A stretch of DNA of 64,000 bases from Escherichia phage UGJNEcP3. The notes under the pieces were generated by a model. It was given only the letters and a program-made list of their open reading frames with translations, did not search any database and was not told the DNA's origin. The stretch lies in the sequence record OV876907. One strand, 5' to 3'. The translations under genes and the position numbers were made by a program. Shown one piece after another: positions 47,175-57,173 of this stretch. Numbering within the stretch: the first letter of the stretch is position 1; each line of letters begins with the position of its first letter.

Positions 47175-47463
47175 ATTTTTTCCAGTCAGAAATCATATGA
47201 ATCTCTTGGTCATACGTCAAGAGACTGCGAGTAATAATACCCTTACACGGCCCAGAGATGAACTCGAGAGTGAAGTAAGGAACCTGTTTCATTAATCGGA
47301 TGCTTGGGGCATGACATCTAAAACGAGAGCCCTTAAAGGGCCCTGACATGAATACATATTCTAATGGATAGAAATAAGCATATTCGAAATTTGCAGTAAG
47401 GTCCTCTCTTCGAACCTTACGTGAGAAATAACAGAACTCAAAAAGCTCTTCATCAGTCATCAT
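47167..47463 (-). CDS. hypothetical protein (98 aa)
   Basis: ORF. Confidence 0.4.
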   Translation of the reverse strand: MMTDEELFEFCYFSRKVRREDLTANFEYAYFYPLEYVFMSGPFKGSRFRCHAPSIRLMKQVPYFTLEFISGPCKGIITRSLLTYDQEIHMISDWKKYV

Positions 47464-47987
47464 TGCATTCCTATCACAAAGAACAGTGGCAGAGGTTTAG
47501 AACCCTGGCACATAAATTTGTTAATCATTACCTGGTAAGCTTCATAGAACTTATCCATCGATGGAAGGCGCATTGGCTCTTCGATAATAATCAATAATCG
47601 AGTAACTGATAGACCACGATACTTATGGAAGTTATCTTCGTCTAAAAATGAACGCACGGTATCATATACAACAAATCCAGGACCTTCTACTTGAAGGTGT
47701 GGTTGGGCCTTAGAAACCCTTTTTATTATATTACAGATTTCTCGTGAGCGATGCGAAGAACTTGACATAACAATCACATCATTACCCTTGGAAACCCAAT
47801 CAGCTGCGAACTGAGCAAGGGCACTTGTTTTACCTGTTTGACGCCCGCCGTCAAGTCGAAGAGTACCAAACTCTTGCATTCTTGAAGTGGGTTCGTACCA
47901 GGTATATTGGTCTGAGTCTAAACGTTCAATGGCGCGTTCAGCGAAGGCGTGCATTAAGGTTAGATAAATGGGAGTTAAAAATTTCAT
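47460..47987 (-). CDS. P-loop protein (175 aa)
   Basis: Walker A-like GGRQTGKTS. Confidence 0.45.
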   Translation of the reverse strand: MKFLTPIYLTLMHAFAERAIERLDSDQYTWYEPTSRMQEFGTLRLDGGRQTGKTSALAQFAADWVSKGNDVIVMSSSSHRSREICNIIKRVSKAQPHLQVEGPGFVVYDTVRSFLDEDNFHKYRGLSVTRLLIIIEEPMRLPSMDKFYEAYQVMINKFMCQGSKPLPLFFVIGMQ

Positions 47988-48147
47988 AATGGTCTCTTAG
48001 TTGTGGGGCCGTTCCTTGGCACATAATTCAACCATGTATCCGAATGTAAACCCCTTACCGCACTCGGGCTCGACCTTATTACAGGTAGGGAAAGGTCCAT
48101 CACTCAGAGGACGCGACGTTCATGAGGAGAGGGTCGGTTTGCCTTTA

Positions 48148-48447
48148 TTAGAAAGAACCAGAACCTCTAATTGTGTTCTGGCGACCTTTATTTTCTAATT
48201 CGGAGTGGTCGATTTCATATGCTTGTGCTACGCCAAAGGCCTTTTTAACTTTAGCTAAAGAACCTTTAGATGTAACAATATTAAAAGTATTACCTTTGGT
48301 AAAATCAACAAAATCGACTTGTACGCCCTGTTTACCGAGGCTTGCTACAATAGCATCAACATATTCTTGGTCTAAATTGCCTTGAACTCCAATTTGAAAT
48401 GCTTTAGGAGCTTTGGCTTCTGTGATAAATTCTTGATAAGTTTTCAT
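48148..48447 (-). CDS. internal-protein-like capsid cargo (CTS MKTYQEFITEA)
   Basis: N-terminal capsid-targeting sequence shared with T4 IPI/IPII/IPIII. Confidence 0.55.
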   Translation of the reverse strand: MKTYQEFITEAKAPKAFQIGVQGNLDQEYVDAIVASLGKQGVQVDFVDFTKGNTFNIVTSKGSLAKVKKAFGVAQAYEIDHSELENKGRQNTIRGSGSF

Positions 48448-48490
48448 TGTTATTCCTTAAGTTGATAGAAGTATTCTATCACGGATTTAA

Positions 48491-48907
48491 TTAAGCGTAA
48501 ATAGCCTTGCCATAATGTTTGTACCAGGTAGGACGCTGTGCAATTTTTTCATCCAAACGGGTCTGAGATATAGCAATAGAAGCTTCGTGTGGAGTATAGT
48601 CACCACGGAATTCCTGAGGAATGTCACTAATGTCCTGGACAGTAGTGTCCTTGATATTAAAACCACGTTTTAAACATTCGGCTATAAGCTCAATTTGTCG
48701 CTTACGTAAAAATTCAAGCTTATCGTAAAAGAATGTAACATGGCCTGTGCCAAGGATAAAAGTAGGACTGATTTTGAAATCACGGACACGTTTACCATTA
48801 GCAACATGCTTACGAACTGCACCGAAAACACGTGGTAATTCACGGTACTCGGCCATTAAGTGTTGGTCAGCCAATTCAGATACTAAGGTAAGGTTGATAC
48901 GAGTCAT
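48491..48907 (-). CDS. denV: endonuclease V (pyrimidine-dimer DNA glycosylase DenV)
   Basis: [35 protein letters not shown]... near-identical to T4 DenV as recalled; start at second ATG (48907). Confidence 0.9.
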   Translation of the reverse strand: MTRINLTLVSELADQHLMAEYRELPRVFGAVRKHVANGKRVRDFKISPTFILGTGHVTFFYDKLEFLRKRQIELIAECLKRGFNIKDTTVQDISDIPQEFRGDYTPHEASIAISQTRLDEKIAQRPTWYKHYGKAIYA

Positions 48908-48967
48908 TTTAGTGTTCTCCATGTTTGTATGAGAACACTATATCACAACTATCGTAAAAATAAACCG

Positions 48968-49270
48968 TTATTTACCTTTAATTGCTTTAGCTGCTTCGGT
49001 AGCCGCTTGCTGAAGGTCATCCATAGACATACCGAATTTAGAAGCAAAGTTATCAATTTTCTTTTCGACAGAATTCAAAGGCTTGGCCTGTTTACCTTCA
49101 TTAGCGCCAGGGAGAGCGAGAATACGCTCTTTCTCAATATAAAGGCTTACAAGTTTCTTACGGTCTTTATCTGGCAAATCATGAAATGAATGGGCCTTTT
49201 TATTTACGGCGGCTTCTAATTTACCTGCAGTTACGCGGGCTTCAGTGATAAATTCTTGATAGGTTTTCAT
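48968..49270 (-). CDS. internal protein (IPII-like), CTS MKTYQEFITEA
   Basis: CTS; 100 aa; position between denV and e. Confidence 0.6.
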   Translation of the reverse strand: MKTYQEFITEARVTAGKLEAAVNKKAHSFHDLPDKDRKKLVSLYIEKERILALPGANEGKQAKPLNSVEKKIDNFASKFGMSMDDLQQAATEAAKAIKGK

Positions 49271-49311
49271 ATGTTTCCTTTAAAGGTAAATAGGTCTAAG
49301 TAATCTCTTTA

Positions 49312-49908
49312 TTAATTACCACGGGCTGCATTAGCAACGGCGTAAGCGTACTGAATATTAGCGTCTTTAAACGTACCTTTAGAGGTATCTATTTCTGCCT
49401 TAAAGCCGCCTTTAGCCATAACATCAGCAAATTCTTTACGGAAAGTCATTGCATCAAGACCTTTCCATGTTGATTTGTGCTTGGCAAATTCAAGACCAGC
49501 GAAGTTAACTGCTTTAGCCAATTTATTATCAATAGTCCATTTACCTGCTTTAGGTACAAATACCGGACCTTTCTGTTTAGAGAACAGTTTTAAATTCCAG
49601 CGACGAAGGTCACCGTCAGCTTTAACAAAAGCTGCGTCCAAGTTACTAGCAACAACATCTTGGATATGGGCAAATTTAAGTCCATCAGCTTCAATATTTA
49701 GGTCGTTACGCCAGCGAAGTCCTTCCCAGGCGAAAGCTTTAAAGTCGGAAGCTTTTGTAGCCAAGTACCGTTCAATAGGAGCTGTTTTAGCGTCAAAACC
49801 GTTTCCTGGGTTGTCAACGCCGTTTCCTTTGTAAGTCCACTCATCTTTATTAATGCCTTGGACCTTTCCTACAGAAGCTTCGGCGATAAATTCTTTATAC
49901 GTTTTCAT
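49312..49908 (-). CDS. internal protein (IPIII-like), CTS MKTYKEFIAEA
   Basis: CTS; 198 aa basic protein. Confidence 0.6.
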   Translation of the reverse strand: MKTYKEFIAEASVGKVQGINKDEWTYKGNGVDNPGNGFDAKTAPIERYLATKASDFKAFAWEGLRWRNDLNIEADGLKFAHIQDVVASNLDAAFVKADGDLRRWNLKLFSKQKGPVFVPKAGKWTIDNKLAKAVNFAGLEFAKHKSTWKGLDAMTFRKEFADVMAKGGFKAEIDTSKGTFKDANIQYAYAVANAARGN

Positions 49909-49990
49909 ACGGGTTCCTTAAAGGTAAATATTTTAATTGGTCTGTTCAAGTAACTGTAGATATACTATCACAATTCTAGGAGATGTAAAC

Positions 49991-50389
49991 TTATTTGTAG
50001 GTTTTCATCCAATTCTTGAACAAAGCCGCGACGTCTTTCTCTTTAACGTTCAGTTTAACATCCAACATTTTACCACCCGCTGCTCTTGTTTGGCGAATCT
50101 TAGCAGTACCGGTTTCGCCATTCCACTCAACATAATACTGTCCAGTGTTCATTGCAATACCATCGCCGTAGTCTTCGTTTTTAGAAGTGGTGAAGGCCAG
50201 CTTCATAGTCTTAGAGACACGAGCCTGCATGCCTGTCTGAAGAGCATTACGAACGCGAATAACCTGAGGAGTGGCCTGGGTCAGGTTCTCATTCAGTTCT
50301 TCAGTGAACTCTTCAGATTCAAACATAGCCAAAAGTTCTTTAGATGCAGGAATTACATTCTCTGCGATAAATTCATTATAAGTTTTCAT
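49991..50389 (-). CDS. internal-protein-like cargo, [13 protein letters not shown]
   Basis: CTS; 132 aa. Confidence 0.55.
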   Translation of the reverse strand: MKTYNEFIAENVIPASKELLAMFESEEFTEELNENLTQATPQVIRVRNALQTGMQARVSKTMKLAFTTSKNEDYGDGIAMNTGQYYVEWNGETGTAKIRQTRAAGGKMLDVKLNVKEKDVAALFKNWMKTYK

Positions 50390-50870
50390 ATGCTTTCCAA
50401 GTACCTGTTTTAAATGTAGAAATCACGCGCTTAGCACGATTAGGAGTTTGTCTATACCAACGAGATTGGGCCAGGTTAACTGCCGCATCGTCCCAACGTT
50501 TCTGTTGGAGCATACGTAAAGAGTTAGTGAACCCGGCTACACCTGCTTCACCCATCTGGAAGACCATGTTAATTAAAGCACAACGACGAACTTCGTCTAA
50601 TACATCATAAACAGGTTTCAATTTAGGATTACGCAGAATAGCTCTACGAGCATTTTCAACCGATCGATTAAAGAGTTGCTCGGCTTCAGCCATAGTAATA
50701 CGACCATTACAAACTCGGCCCATAAGCTTATCAAGTTCAGCACGAGCAACATCTTTAGATGGGTTCTTGGTAACTAACTGGCCAATACCAATAGTCCAAT
50801 AACCTTCGGTGTCTTTATAAAGATTTAAATCAAGACCTTCGTCTTGACGCAACATATCAAAAATATCCAT
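50376..50870 (-). CDS. e: lysozyme (endolysin e)
   Basis: 164 aa; ...[20 protein letters not shown]...[22 protein letters not shown]...[10 protein letters not shown]... matches T4 lysozyme as recalled. Confidence 0.9.
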   Translation of the reverse strand: MDIFDMLRQDEGLDLNLYKDTEGYWTIGIGQLVTKNPSKDVARAELDKLMGRVCNGRITMAEAEQLFNRSVENARRAILRNPKLKPVYDVLDEVRRCALINMVFQMGEAGVAGFTNSLRMLQQKRWDDAAVNLAQSRWYRQTPNRAKRVISTFKTGTWKAYENL

Positions 50871-50900
50871 AATACCTCCTGAGTATAGGAGGTATTTATA

Positions 50901-51350
50901 TCAAAAGAGCGAATCTAAAACCTTAAACATCGACGGGCCCATGACATATTCCCATTGCGGACGTTTAATCAAGGCAAAAGCATCAAATTCAGGAATAGTA
51001 CGACCATCAGGGAACGTATGGTAAGCTGTACATTTGCAATCCTTGAACTGCTCGTGTTCCACAGGCACTGTATATAAGAACAGATGTAGATTCTTATTGC
51101 TTGAATATTTGAACTCACCTAGGTCTTTCAGGAATGCAGGATCGTATGCTGTGAATCCAATCTCTTCTTCGGTTTCGCGCATTGCCGCTTGAATAGGCTC
51201 TTCGCCTGGTTCGACATGACCCTTAGGAATGTCCCATTTATGACGCATGTTCTCTGGATTACGAGAGCCTGTTACACGGCCCATGACCAGTTCTTTATCA
51301 ACGGTCATGAATAAAATACCTGCCGATAATTCCTTAGCTTTCTTACTCAT
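50901..51350 (-). CDS. nudE: Nudix hydrolase (NudE-like)
   Basis: Nudix box GHVEPGEEPIQAAMRETEEEIG; internal ATG 51350 preferred over track start. Confidence 0.7.
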   Translation of the reverse strand: MSKKAKELSAGILFMTVDKELVMGRVTGSRNPENMRHKWDIPKGHVEPGEEPIQAAMRETEEEIGFTAYDPAFLKDLGEFKYSSNKNLHLFLYTVPVEHEQFKDCKCTAYHTFPDGRTIPEFDAFALIKRPQWEYVMGPSMFKVLDSLF

Positions 51351-51579
51351 CGTCTCGTTCCCATGATTGTTTAAAGATATCTCGTATAATAATTTCAACA
51401 CATGTTTCTGTTGACGGGCTTTCACTATCAGATATTTGGACCATATAATCAGAAATAGGTCGGAACATATCCAAGTCACTTTCTAAATCTTCTTTGATTT
51501 TCTCTTCTGATGTTCCGGTGTCATAGGAATACAGATAAGAATCACATGACTCAGATTTAATATAAATTGCAATACTCAT
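51343..51579 (-). CDS. hypothetical acidic protein (78 aa)
   Basis: ORF; RBS embedded in upstream gene tail. Confidence 0.4.
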   Translation of the reverse strand: MSIAIYIKSESCDSYLYSYDTGTSEEKIKEDLESDLDMFRPISDYMVQISDSESPSTETCVEIIIRDIFKQSWERDDE

Positions 51580-52163
51580 TTACGGCATTCCTTAATAAAA
51601 GAGTTTAATGTATTTTTCTTAGTGATATCGTCATATACCTTTTTAACTTTAGAAATACGAAAAGGTACTTCGATAACAGAGGTCCATAAAAATGATGCGA
51701 TAAGACCTAAGATAGCAGCAGACATCGCTGAAGCGAATACACAAATAGGCAGGTCATTATCTGTTGTCAGGAAAAACCCTAGGAGTGGGAAAAATAATAT
51801 ACCCATCCAAACATAGAATCTAGAACTCACCAATTTGTCGTATTCATCACTCCATGCACGGAAGCCGTATTTTTTGCTATAACAAATCAATGGGTCTGGA
51901 GTCTGTTCTTTATGTGGTTCCGCTTGCCAGCCGTTTACGATATAGCCCATTTTATATTCCTCAATTAAAAGCTGTTTCATTTCGGCAGTACAACCTGACC
52001 AATCTATTGTACTGGCTGAAATTCCTTCATCGCCGTCATCGATATTTCGCCAGGACTTTTTAATAATCATAGTCTCACCACTTGGGATAATAATTCCAGC
52101 ATTTTCCGACCGACGGATGAAGTTTGTGTCAATACCCATACAACCGGGTTCATAAAGGGCCAT
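51576..52163 (-). CDS. membrane protein (195 aa)
   Basis: hydrophobic segments; C-terminal FIKECRK overlaps downstream RBS. Confidence 0.45.
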   Translation of the reverse strand: MALYEPGCMGIDTNFIRRSENAGIIIPSGETMIIKKSWRNIDDGDEGISASTIDWSGCTAEMKQLLIEEYKMGYIVNGWQAEPHKEQTPDPLICYSKKYGFRAWSDEYDKLVSSRFYVWMGILFFPLLGFFLTTDNDLPICVFASAMSAAILGLIASFLWTSVIEVPFRISKVKKVYDDITKKNTLNSFIKECRK

Positions 52164-52852
52164 TACCAGCCCTCCATAGGGAATTCCAGATATACTTGAG
52201 CATTAACGCGGATTTCATTTGTAATCTTTTTAACACGGTCTGTATTACGAGACACACGACCAAACCAGCGCCACCCGTTACTTACTGCACGAGAACCTGT
52301 ATGCCATGTCTGCCAATCAAACTGGAGCAACGTGCGGTCAGGAGCATCCCACTTGGTTAATTCATTGGACTCAATTTTTTCCAGAACTTCTTTATGCCAC
52401 TGGCGATAGATAAGTTCGCCTTCAGGAATCTGACTAAATTGAGCAGTTCCGGTTGCAAAATGAGTAGGACACACATCAGCGTTAACAAGACCAAGAATAT
52501 GTTCAGAATGGTATCGAGGATTATCATAATCAGGTTGCCCTGCGGTAATAAAGTGTTGACCCACCGGAATATCCGGGCGTGGTACATCATCATGGTGGAA
52601 GCCTGGAATTGCAGGGTACCAGCCAGGCATTAACATATGTACACGGGAATCAAATACAATATCAGGGCCACATTGCCAATCTTCAGGCAGGTTTTCAATA
52701 AAGCTACGAGTAATAGGACCGCCGTGTTTATGAGCAAAATAAGCATCGCAATTAAAGAACATAGGCTCATTTTTAATCATATCATTATTGATATCTTGAG
52801 CAAAACCACCGACTGCACGAGCTTGAGAATTAAAAGTTTTCGGGCCGTTCAT
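52163..52852 (-). CDS. hypothetical protein (229 aa), His/Asp-rich
   Basis: ORF; HHDD...H cluster could be a metal site (speculative). Confidence 0.45.
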   Translation of the reverse strand: MNGPKTFNSQARAVGGFAQDINNDMIKNEPMFFNCDAYFAHKHGGPITRSFIENLPEDWQCGPDIVFDSRVHMLMPGWYPAIPGFHHDDVPRPDIPVGQHFITAGQPDYDNPRYHSEHILGLVNADVCPTHFATGTAQFSQIPEGELIYRQWHKEVLEKIESNELTKWDAPDRTLLQFDWQTWHTGSRAVSNGWRWFGRVSRNTDRVKKITNEIRVNAQVYLEFPMEGW

Positions 52853-52866
52853 AATATTTTCCTCAA

Positions 52867-53079
52867 TTACTTTTTGTTGAAAAAGTACATTTTACCTTTA
52901 GGAGATAAGGATACACGAAGTGCGTTACCAATACCAACTGAACATTTAACCAGGTCAGCAGATTTCAATTCACCAAATGCTTGACGAAGGTCACCGTCAC
53001 GAGTGTTAACCATCAGACATTTAGCACCAGCTGCACGAACTTCGTTTAACATGTTGATTGCTTGGTTAGAAAGTTTCAT
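52867..53079 (-). CDS. hypothetical protein (70 aa from second ATG)
   Basis: ATGGAGAATAAAATG leader; promoter module 53117-53145 upstream. Confidence 0.4.
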   Translation of the reverse strand: MKLSNQAINMLNEVRAAGAKCLMVNTRDGDLRQAFGELKSADLVKCSVGIGNALRVSLSPKGKMYFFNKK

Positions 53080-53157
53080 TTTATTCTCCATTTCACTCTG
53101 TTGTTTTGATAGGTCTATAGTATCACACCTATAGACCTTGTATACTGTTTTATGCAA

Positions 53158-54117
53158 TTATTTTTCGAAAGGACGAATTAAATGATGGTTATCTTGGAAC
53201 CGCTTGATGTAGTCATTTTCACCTAGGGTCTTATACATGTTCACTACCGAGTTATAATTCTCGTATGCGTATTCGCGGAACCAACCTGAAGTGATTGAGG
53301 TGCACACTTTCTCAAGAGCCATATAGAAACTTAATGACGGCGAAATATTAAAGTCATTAGGAACCTGTGAACGTTCTAGTGCCAGGACACAAGTTTCTTC
53401 ATACACACCGGCCAATTTAATAGCTTCAGGCAAAGCTTCAAACTTCTCACGAGAGGTCATGACTTCAGAACCATCCTTCATATAAAAGGTATATGCAGGG
53501 CGCCCTGCCAATGCTACTGCTTCGTGGATGGAGTCATGGTCCAGCGTATAAATGGTATCATTAAAGAATGATGATTTGTTAACGTCTAATTTAGGGTGAG
53601 AATAGCTCAACGTTTCTTTTTGACGTTGCAACATAATTTCCTGGAGTTCTTCGTTCAGGGTCACGCCTTTATTACGAAGGTATTTGATGTGGGACATAGT
53701 TTTCAAGAAGAACGGATTATTCTTAAGGAAACGATGAGAGGTTTTGATAGCCAGACAGATATCAGGGGTTGCCCAATAGAAACCTGTAAGACGGTCCTTT
53801 TTAATATGATTTTCAGCATATTTCAGGAGACGATAGCTTGAGGTGTAGTCTTCATCTTGGAGCTCACCGGTAATTTCTCGTACATTAGTCAGGGCACGGA
53901 CGATATAAGCTTCGAAATAGGTTTCTTTACCATTATGCATACATTTGAAAGCCTGAACATCAGGATTGTCAACGTGTACATGGGCGCCGAACATCCGAGC
54001 TTTAAAGTGGTTCCATGAGCCTTGGTCGGCAATGAAATCCCAATCAGAATTTTCGATATACTTATTTTCAATCAGACCTGCGTGGTGCAGTGCACGAGAA
54101 CCAATAACTAGCATCAT
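53158..54117 (-). CDS. hypothetical protein (319 aa from internal ATG)
   Basis: ATG 54117 with SD GAGGAAAA; track start further upstream. Confidence 0.45.
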   Translation of the reverse strand: MMLVIGSRALHHAGLIENKYIENSDWDFIADQGSWNHFKARMFGAHVHVDNPDVQAFKCMHNGKETYFEAYIVRALTNVREITGELQDEDYTSSYRLLKYAENHIKKDRLTGFYWATPDICLAIKTSHRFLKNNPFFLKTMSHIKYLRNKGVTLNEELQEIMLQRQKETLSYSHPKLDVNKSSFFNDTIYTLDHDSIHEAVALAGRPAYTFYMKDGSEVMTSREKFEALPEAIKLAGVYEETCVLALERSQVPNDFNISPSLSFYMALEKVCTSITSGWFREYAYENYNSVVNMYKTLGENDYIKRFQDNHHLIRPFEK

Positions 54118-54136
54118 AATATTTTCCTCAGTAAAC

Positions 54137-54376
54137 TTAAATTTCGGCAACGTAAGTATTATGTAATTCCCACATATCATTGGAATTACTCTCAACGATA
54201 GGAATTATCTCATTAGAGATTTCTTCTGCATAAGGGTCATTGATACAGTGAGCATCTTCAAAACGAACACCGTAATCAGACTTCTTATAAGAGAAGCCAT
54301 AAATCTTTTTAAACTTGGCACGAGTAATGCGTACCGGTTCATTAGACTTATCGGACATCGGGGCGTAATACCACAT
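54137..54376 (-). CDS. hypothetical protein (79 aa)
   Basis: SD GAGGAG. Confidence 0.4.
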   Translation of the reverse strand: MWYYAPMSDKSNEPVRITRAKFKKIYGFSYKKSDYGVRFEDAHCINDPYAEEISNEIIPIVESNSNDMWELHNTYVAEI

Positions 54377-54419
54377 ATGTACTCCTCATGTTTGTGTAAG
54401 GTAATAGTAACACGTATTT

Positions 54420-54770
54420 TTAGAGTTGTACATCACTTCTGCAATATTCTAAAAATAATTTATCGTTGTCTACTGTATCCCAACGACGCCAAGATGGATT
54501 CCAGACCAGAGCGTTGTCACCACAATCATTGAGCTTAAAATGGTCGTAGTACATAGCTATATGTCTAGTTTCGTCACCAGAGAACCCCAGTATAGGCTCA
54601 CCATGGGTGTGATACATATGATGGTGCATTGAGAGGTCGCATTTGTAAAACATCTCACGTTTACCACGAACGAACAAGAAGGCCTGTCCATTCATATAGA
54701 ATTCTTTATTTGTTTTCAAAAGATATTTGAATACTGAATCTTTATGCATAAGTCCTCCTACCACATCCAT
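54420..54770 (-). CDS. hypothetical protein (116 aa)
   Basis: ORF. Confidence 0.4.
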   Translation of the reverse strand: MDVVGGLMHKDSVFKYLLKTNKEFYMNGQAFLFVRGKREMFYKCDLSMHHHMYHTHGEPILGFSGDETRHIAMYYDHFKLNDCGDNALVWNPSWRRWDTVDNDKLFLEYCRSDVQL

Positions 54771-54779
54771 GTGGTTAAA

Positions 54780-55007
54780 TTATTTTCCTAACGAAACACG
54801 AGTAGGTTTTTTACCAAAATAGTCTTCGTAAGAACCATCTAAACGGCCTGCTTTAGACCGACAATACGAATCATACTTTTTGTAATAAGTCATCTCGGTA
54901 TTATAACGTGGGTGTCTATCAGCCATAATAATACTTAGTGGCCAACCTTTGGCATAATCGCGAAGACCATTTATTTTACGAATGTATCGTTTTTTCAATT
55001 TTAGCAT
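54780..55007 (-). CDS. hypothetical protein (75 aa)
   Basis: ORF. Confidence 0.4.
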   Translation of the reverse strand: MLKLKKRYIRKINGLRDYAKGWPLSIIMADRHPRYNTEMTYYKKYDSYCRSKAGRLDGSYEDYFGKKPTRVSLGK

Positions 55008-55225
55008 GAGCTTGGGTACCAGATTTTACCATCGGCCTGAGCAACGAAGGTGCGACCAGCTTCTTCACCATAACAAGAGCTATTCAGCCAATCTTCGAGA
55101 CGAACTTCACCGTCATAATCATCGAGCTCAACACCGAAATCCTGGGCAGAAGCCATATCTTTTACTTTCTTATACAGTGCAGCCAGTTCAAGAGCAGCTT
55201 TTTCTAATTCATTAATATCAGACAT
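55001..55225 (-). CDS. small protein, C-terminal tail family member 5 (...WYPSSC)
   Basis: ATG 55225 with SD AAGGAA; tail related to W-x-S-S-x-x-C family. Confidence 0.4.
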   Translation of the reverse strand: MSDINELEKAALELAALYKKVKDMASAQDFGVELDDYDGEVRLEDWLNSSCYGEEAGRTFVAQADGKIWYPSSC

Positions 55226-55235
55226 TTTTATTTCC

Positions 55236-55448
55236 TTAGCAAGACATAGAAGAAGTAAACCAGAAACCATCACCATCAGGAATGCCGTAATCATCACGGA
55301 CCCATTCGTAATCATCATATTCCGGGTTCTTTGGAGAAATGTATTGTCCACGACCAGAAACATGGAACTCTTCACCTGTTTCGTCAGCCACGGACTGGCC
55401 TTTACGTACTAATTCACGGATTTGTTTTTCAATTTCATCAATAGTCAT
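55236..55448 (-). CDS. small protein, C-terminal tail family member 4 (...WFTSSMSC)
   Basis: tandem paralog array. Confidence 0.45.
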   Translation of the reverse strand: MTIDEIEKQIRELVRKGQSVADETGEEFHVSGRGQYISPKNPEYDDYEWVRDDYGIPDGDGFWFTSSMSC

Positions 55449-55457
55449 TTTATTACC

Positions 55458-55655
55458 TTAGCATTCGTAAGAGGAGGACACCCAAGAGGTACCACTAATA
55501 GTAATACAACCGTTATAAAGCGTGATATGTCGTTCTAGGTCACGAACACCATCGATATAGATATCAGCTTCTTCGCGTTCTTCTTTACAAATCTGGATAA
55601 CGTTTTCAATAGCTGCGGCTGCAGTACGGATTGCACAATCTAGTTCACGAGACAT
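55458..55655 (-). CDS. small protein, C-terminal tail family member 3 (...WVSSSYEC)
   Basis: tandem paralog array. Confidence 0.45.
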   Translation of the reverse strand: MSRELDCAIRTAAAAIENVIQICKEEREEADIYIDGVRDLERHITLYNGCITISGTSWVSSSYEC

Positions 55656-55664
55656 AATAATTCC

Positions 55665-55946
55665 TTAACATTCAGAAGAAGAGGATACCCATCCACCATT
55701 TTCTAGGCTGGTAGTGTAATCATGTTGGTTTACAATAGCGTACTGAGCTTCACCGTATTCTTCCCAGTGGGCAAGGTCGGCTTTCAGGGCGCCAGGAGAA
55801 TAATAGTCACCGCCCATACCGCGAGCAGGGTATATATTAAAATGAGTCTCATATTTGTTAGCAATTTCCTCAGCACGACGAATAGCTTTATGAATATCAT
55901 TTACTGCTTCAGCCAGCTCTTTATTTTTACGGTAATCATTCATCAT
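55665..55946 (-). CDS. small protein, C-terminal tail family member 2 (...WVSSSSEC)
   Basis: tandem paralog array. Confidence 0.45.
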   Translation of the reverse strand: MMNDYRKNKELAEAVNDIHKAIRRAEEIANKYETHFNIYPARGMGGDYYSPGALKADLAHWEEYGEAQYAIVNQHDYTTSLENGGWVSSSSEC

Positions 55947-55955
55947 AGAATTTCC

Positions 55956-56246
55956 TTAGCACATTGCTGAAGAGGAGACCCAAGCACCAACTGTAACGAC
56001 ACCGTTTTCAACTTCACCGCCATTGTTTTCAATTTCATCTTTAAACCACTGGGAGCATTCATAACCGACAGGATAATATGTACGGCCTGAACCATAATCA
56101 CCGGTACCGAATTGAATACCGTACTTATCGGCAATAGCTTCGCATTCATGTTCGATGGTATCTACTTTATTCAGAAGAGCATAGATAGCCTTTTCTGCAG
56201 ACAGCGCGCTGTTGTATTCAGGGATTTCAATTTCAATTTTATTCAT
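55956..56246 (-). CDS. small protein, C-terminal tail family member 1 (...WVSSSAMC)
   Basis: tandem paralog array. Confidence 0.45.
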   Translation of the reverse strand: MNKIEIEIPEYNSALSAEKAIYALLNKVDTIEHECEAIADKYGIQFGTGDYGSGRTYYPVGYECSQWFKDEIENNGGEVENGVVTVGAWVSSSAMC

Positions 56247-56596
56247 GATTTACATTCCTTAATAAAGGTTTCAAGGTCATTACGTTTAGTTTGTTTTACA
56301 TACTCATTATAATTAGCCATAGCTAAAGCATATCTCTTTTTACGTGGCTTGTTTATTTTATTAGTTTGGGCAATATCAAAGACCCATGGGATAAAAAATC
56401 CTATTAAAGCCGGAACCCAAATCCACGCGAGGCTCATATCTTCAAACGGATGGCGAGGCATACCATTAATAATCCCACCGACAAGAAATCCAATTATCCC
56501 TGCAGTCATACTAGTAGCAATGCCGAGGAATAATGAAATAGAGATATCGTAATCTGCTAATGCGTAACCAGGGTCGGTTTTACTAGGCTTATGCAT
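56243..56596 (-). CDS. membrane protein (117 aa from internal ATG)
   Basis: hydrophobic core; ATG 56596 with SD AGAGG. Confidence 0.4.
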   Translation of the reverse strand: MHKPSKTDPGYALADYDISISLFLGIATSMTAGIIGFLVGGIINGMPRHPFEDMSLAWIWVPALIGFFIPWVFDIAQTNKINKPRKKRYALAMANYNEYVKQTKRNDLETFIKECKS

Positions 56597-57125
56597 TTTG
56601 AACCTCTTTAGCGTATTCGCGACATTCAGCAATAAAACGATTAAGCTTACGTTGTTGTTTACGACTTTCTAATGTGTACTCATTAGACAAAATAATAAGC
56701 TCATCTTTATCGTAATTTTTAATATCAGAGTAAGATGGGCGACGGTCAACCATTCCAAATACATCACCATTTTCTAAAGCTACATAGCATACTAAATGGT
56801 AATCATCGTCTGCCATATTAAGAAGCACACAATCAGCGCTCTCGTTTAAAGAATATACTGAATAACGTAGTCCAGCGAATTCCACTCGTTGAATAGCCAG
56901 ATTTACGTCAATAATTTCCAAAGCATCTTCAAAAGAAAGGTCTTCAGCTAAAGCAAAAATAAAAGGTAATTTGGTAGTATCGCCACGGCTAGATGTTCTG
57001 CTTAAGAAATCGTTTGAATAGCCTAGGTCTTGGCGAATTCTATAAAGAACTGAATTGGTTTCATGGGAAAGACCACTATTTTTAAACCAATCAATATTTG
57101 ATATCAGGTCGTCATATAAACTCAT
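56589..57125 (-). CDS. hypothetical protein (178 aa)
   Basis: ORF. Confidence 0.45.
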   Translation of the reverse strand: MSLYDDLISNIDWFKNSGLSHETNSVLYRIRQDLGYSNDFLSRTSSRGDTTKLPFIFALAEDLSFEDALEIIDVNLAIQRVEFAGLRYSVYSLNESADCVLLNMADDDYHLVCYVALENGDVFGMVDRRPSYSDIKNYDKDELIILSNEYTLESRKQQRKLNRFIAECREYAKEVQNA

Positions 57126-57173
57126 AATATTCTCCTCTCCTCCAAATAGGGAGACCGAAGTCTCCCGGTAACA

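Noticed and set aside
48158-48196. Plus-strand terminator-like hairpin CCAGAAC/GTTCTGG followed by a T-rich tract
   Set aside because: Lies inside the 3' coding end of the minus-strand internal-protein gene 48148..48447 and there is no credible plus-strand gene to terminate; recorded only as a possible structure.
51576-56632. Shared C-terminal FIKEC(K/R) motif in three unrelated proteins (ends of 51576..52163, 56243..56596 and 56589..57125)
   Set aside because: The encoding DNA TTTATTAAGGAATG is the Shine-Dalgarno region of the next gene with overlapping stop/start; best explained as an embedded RBS, not a protein domain.
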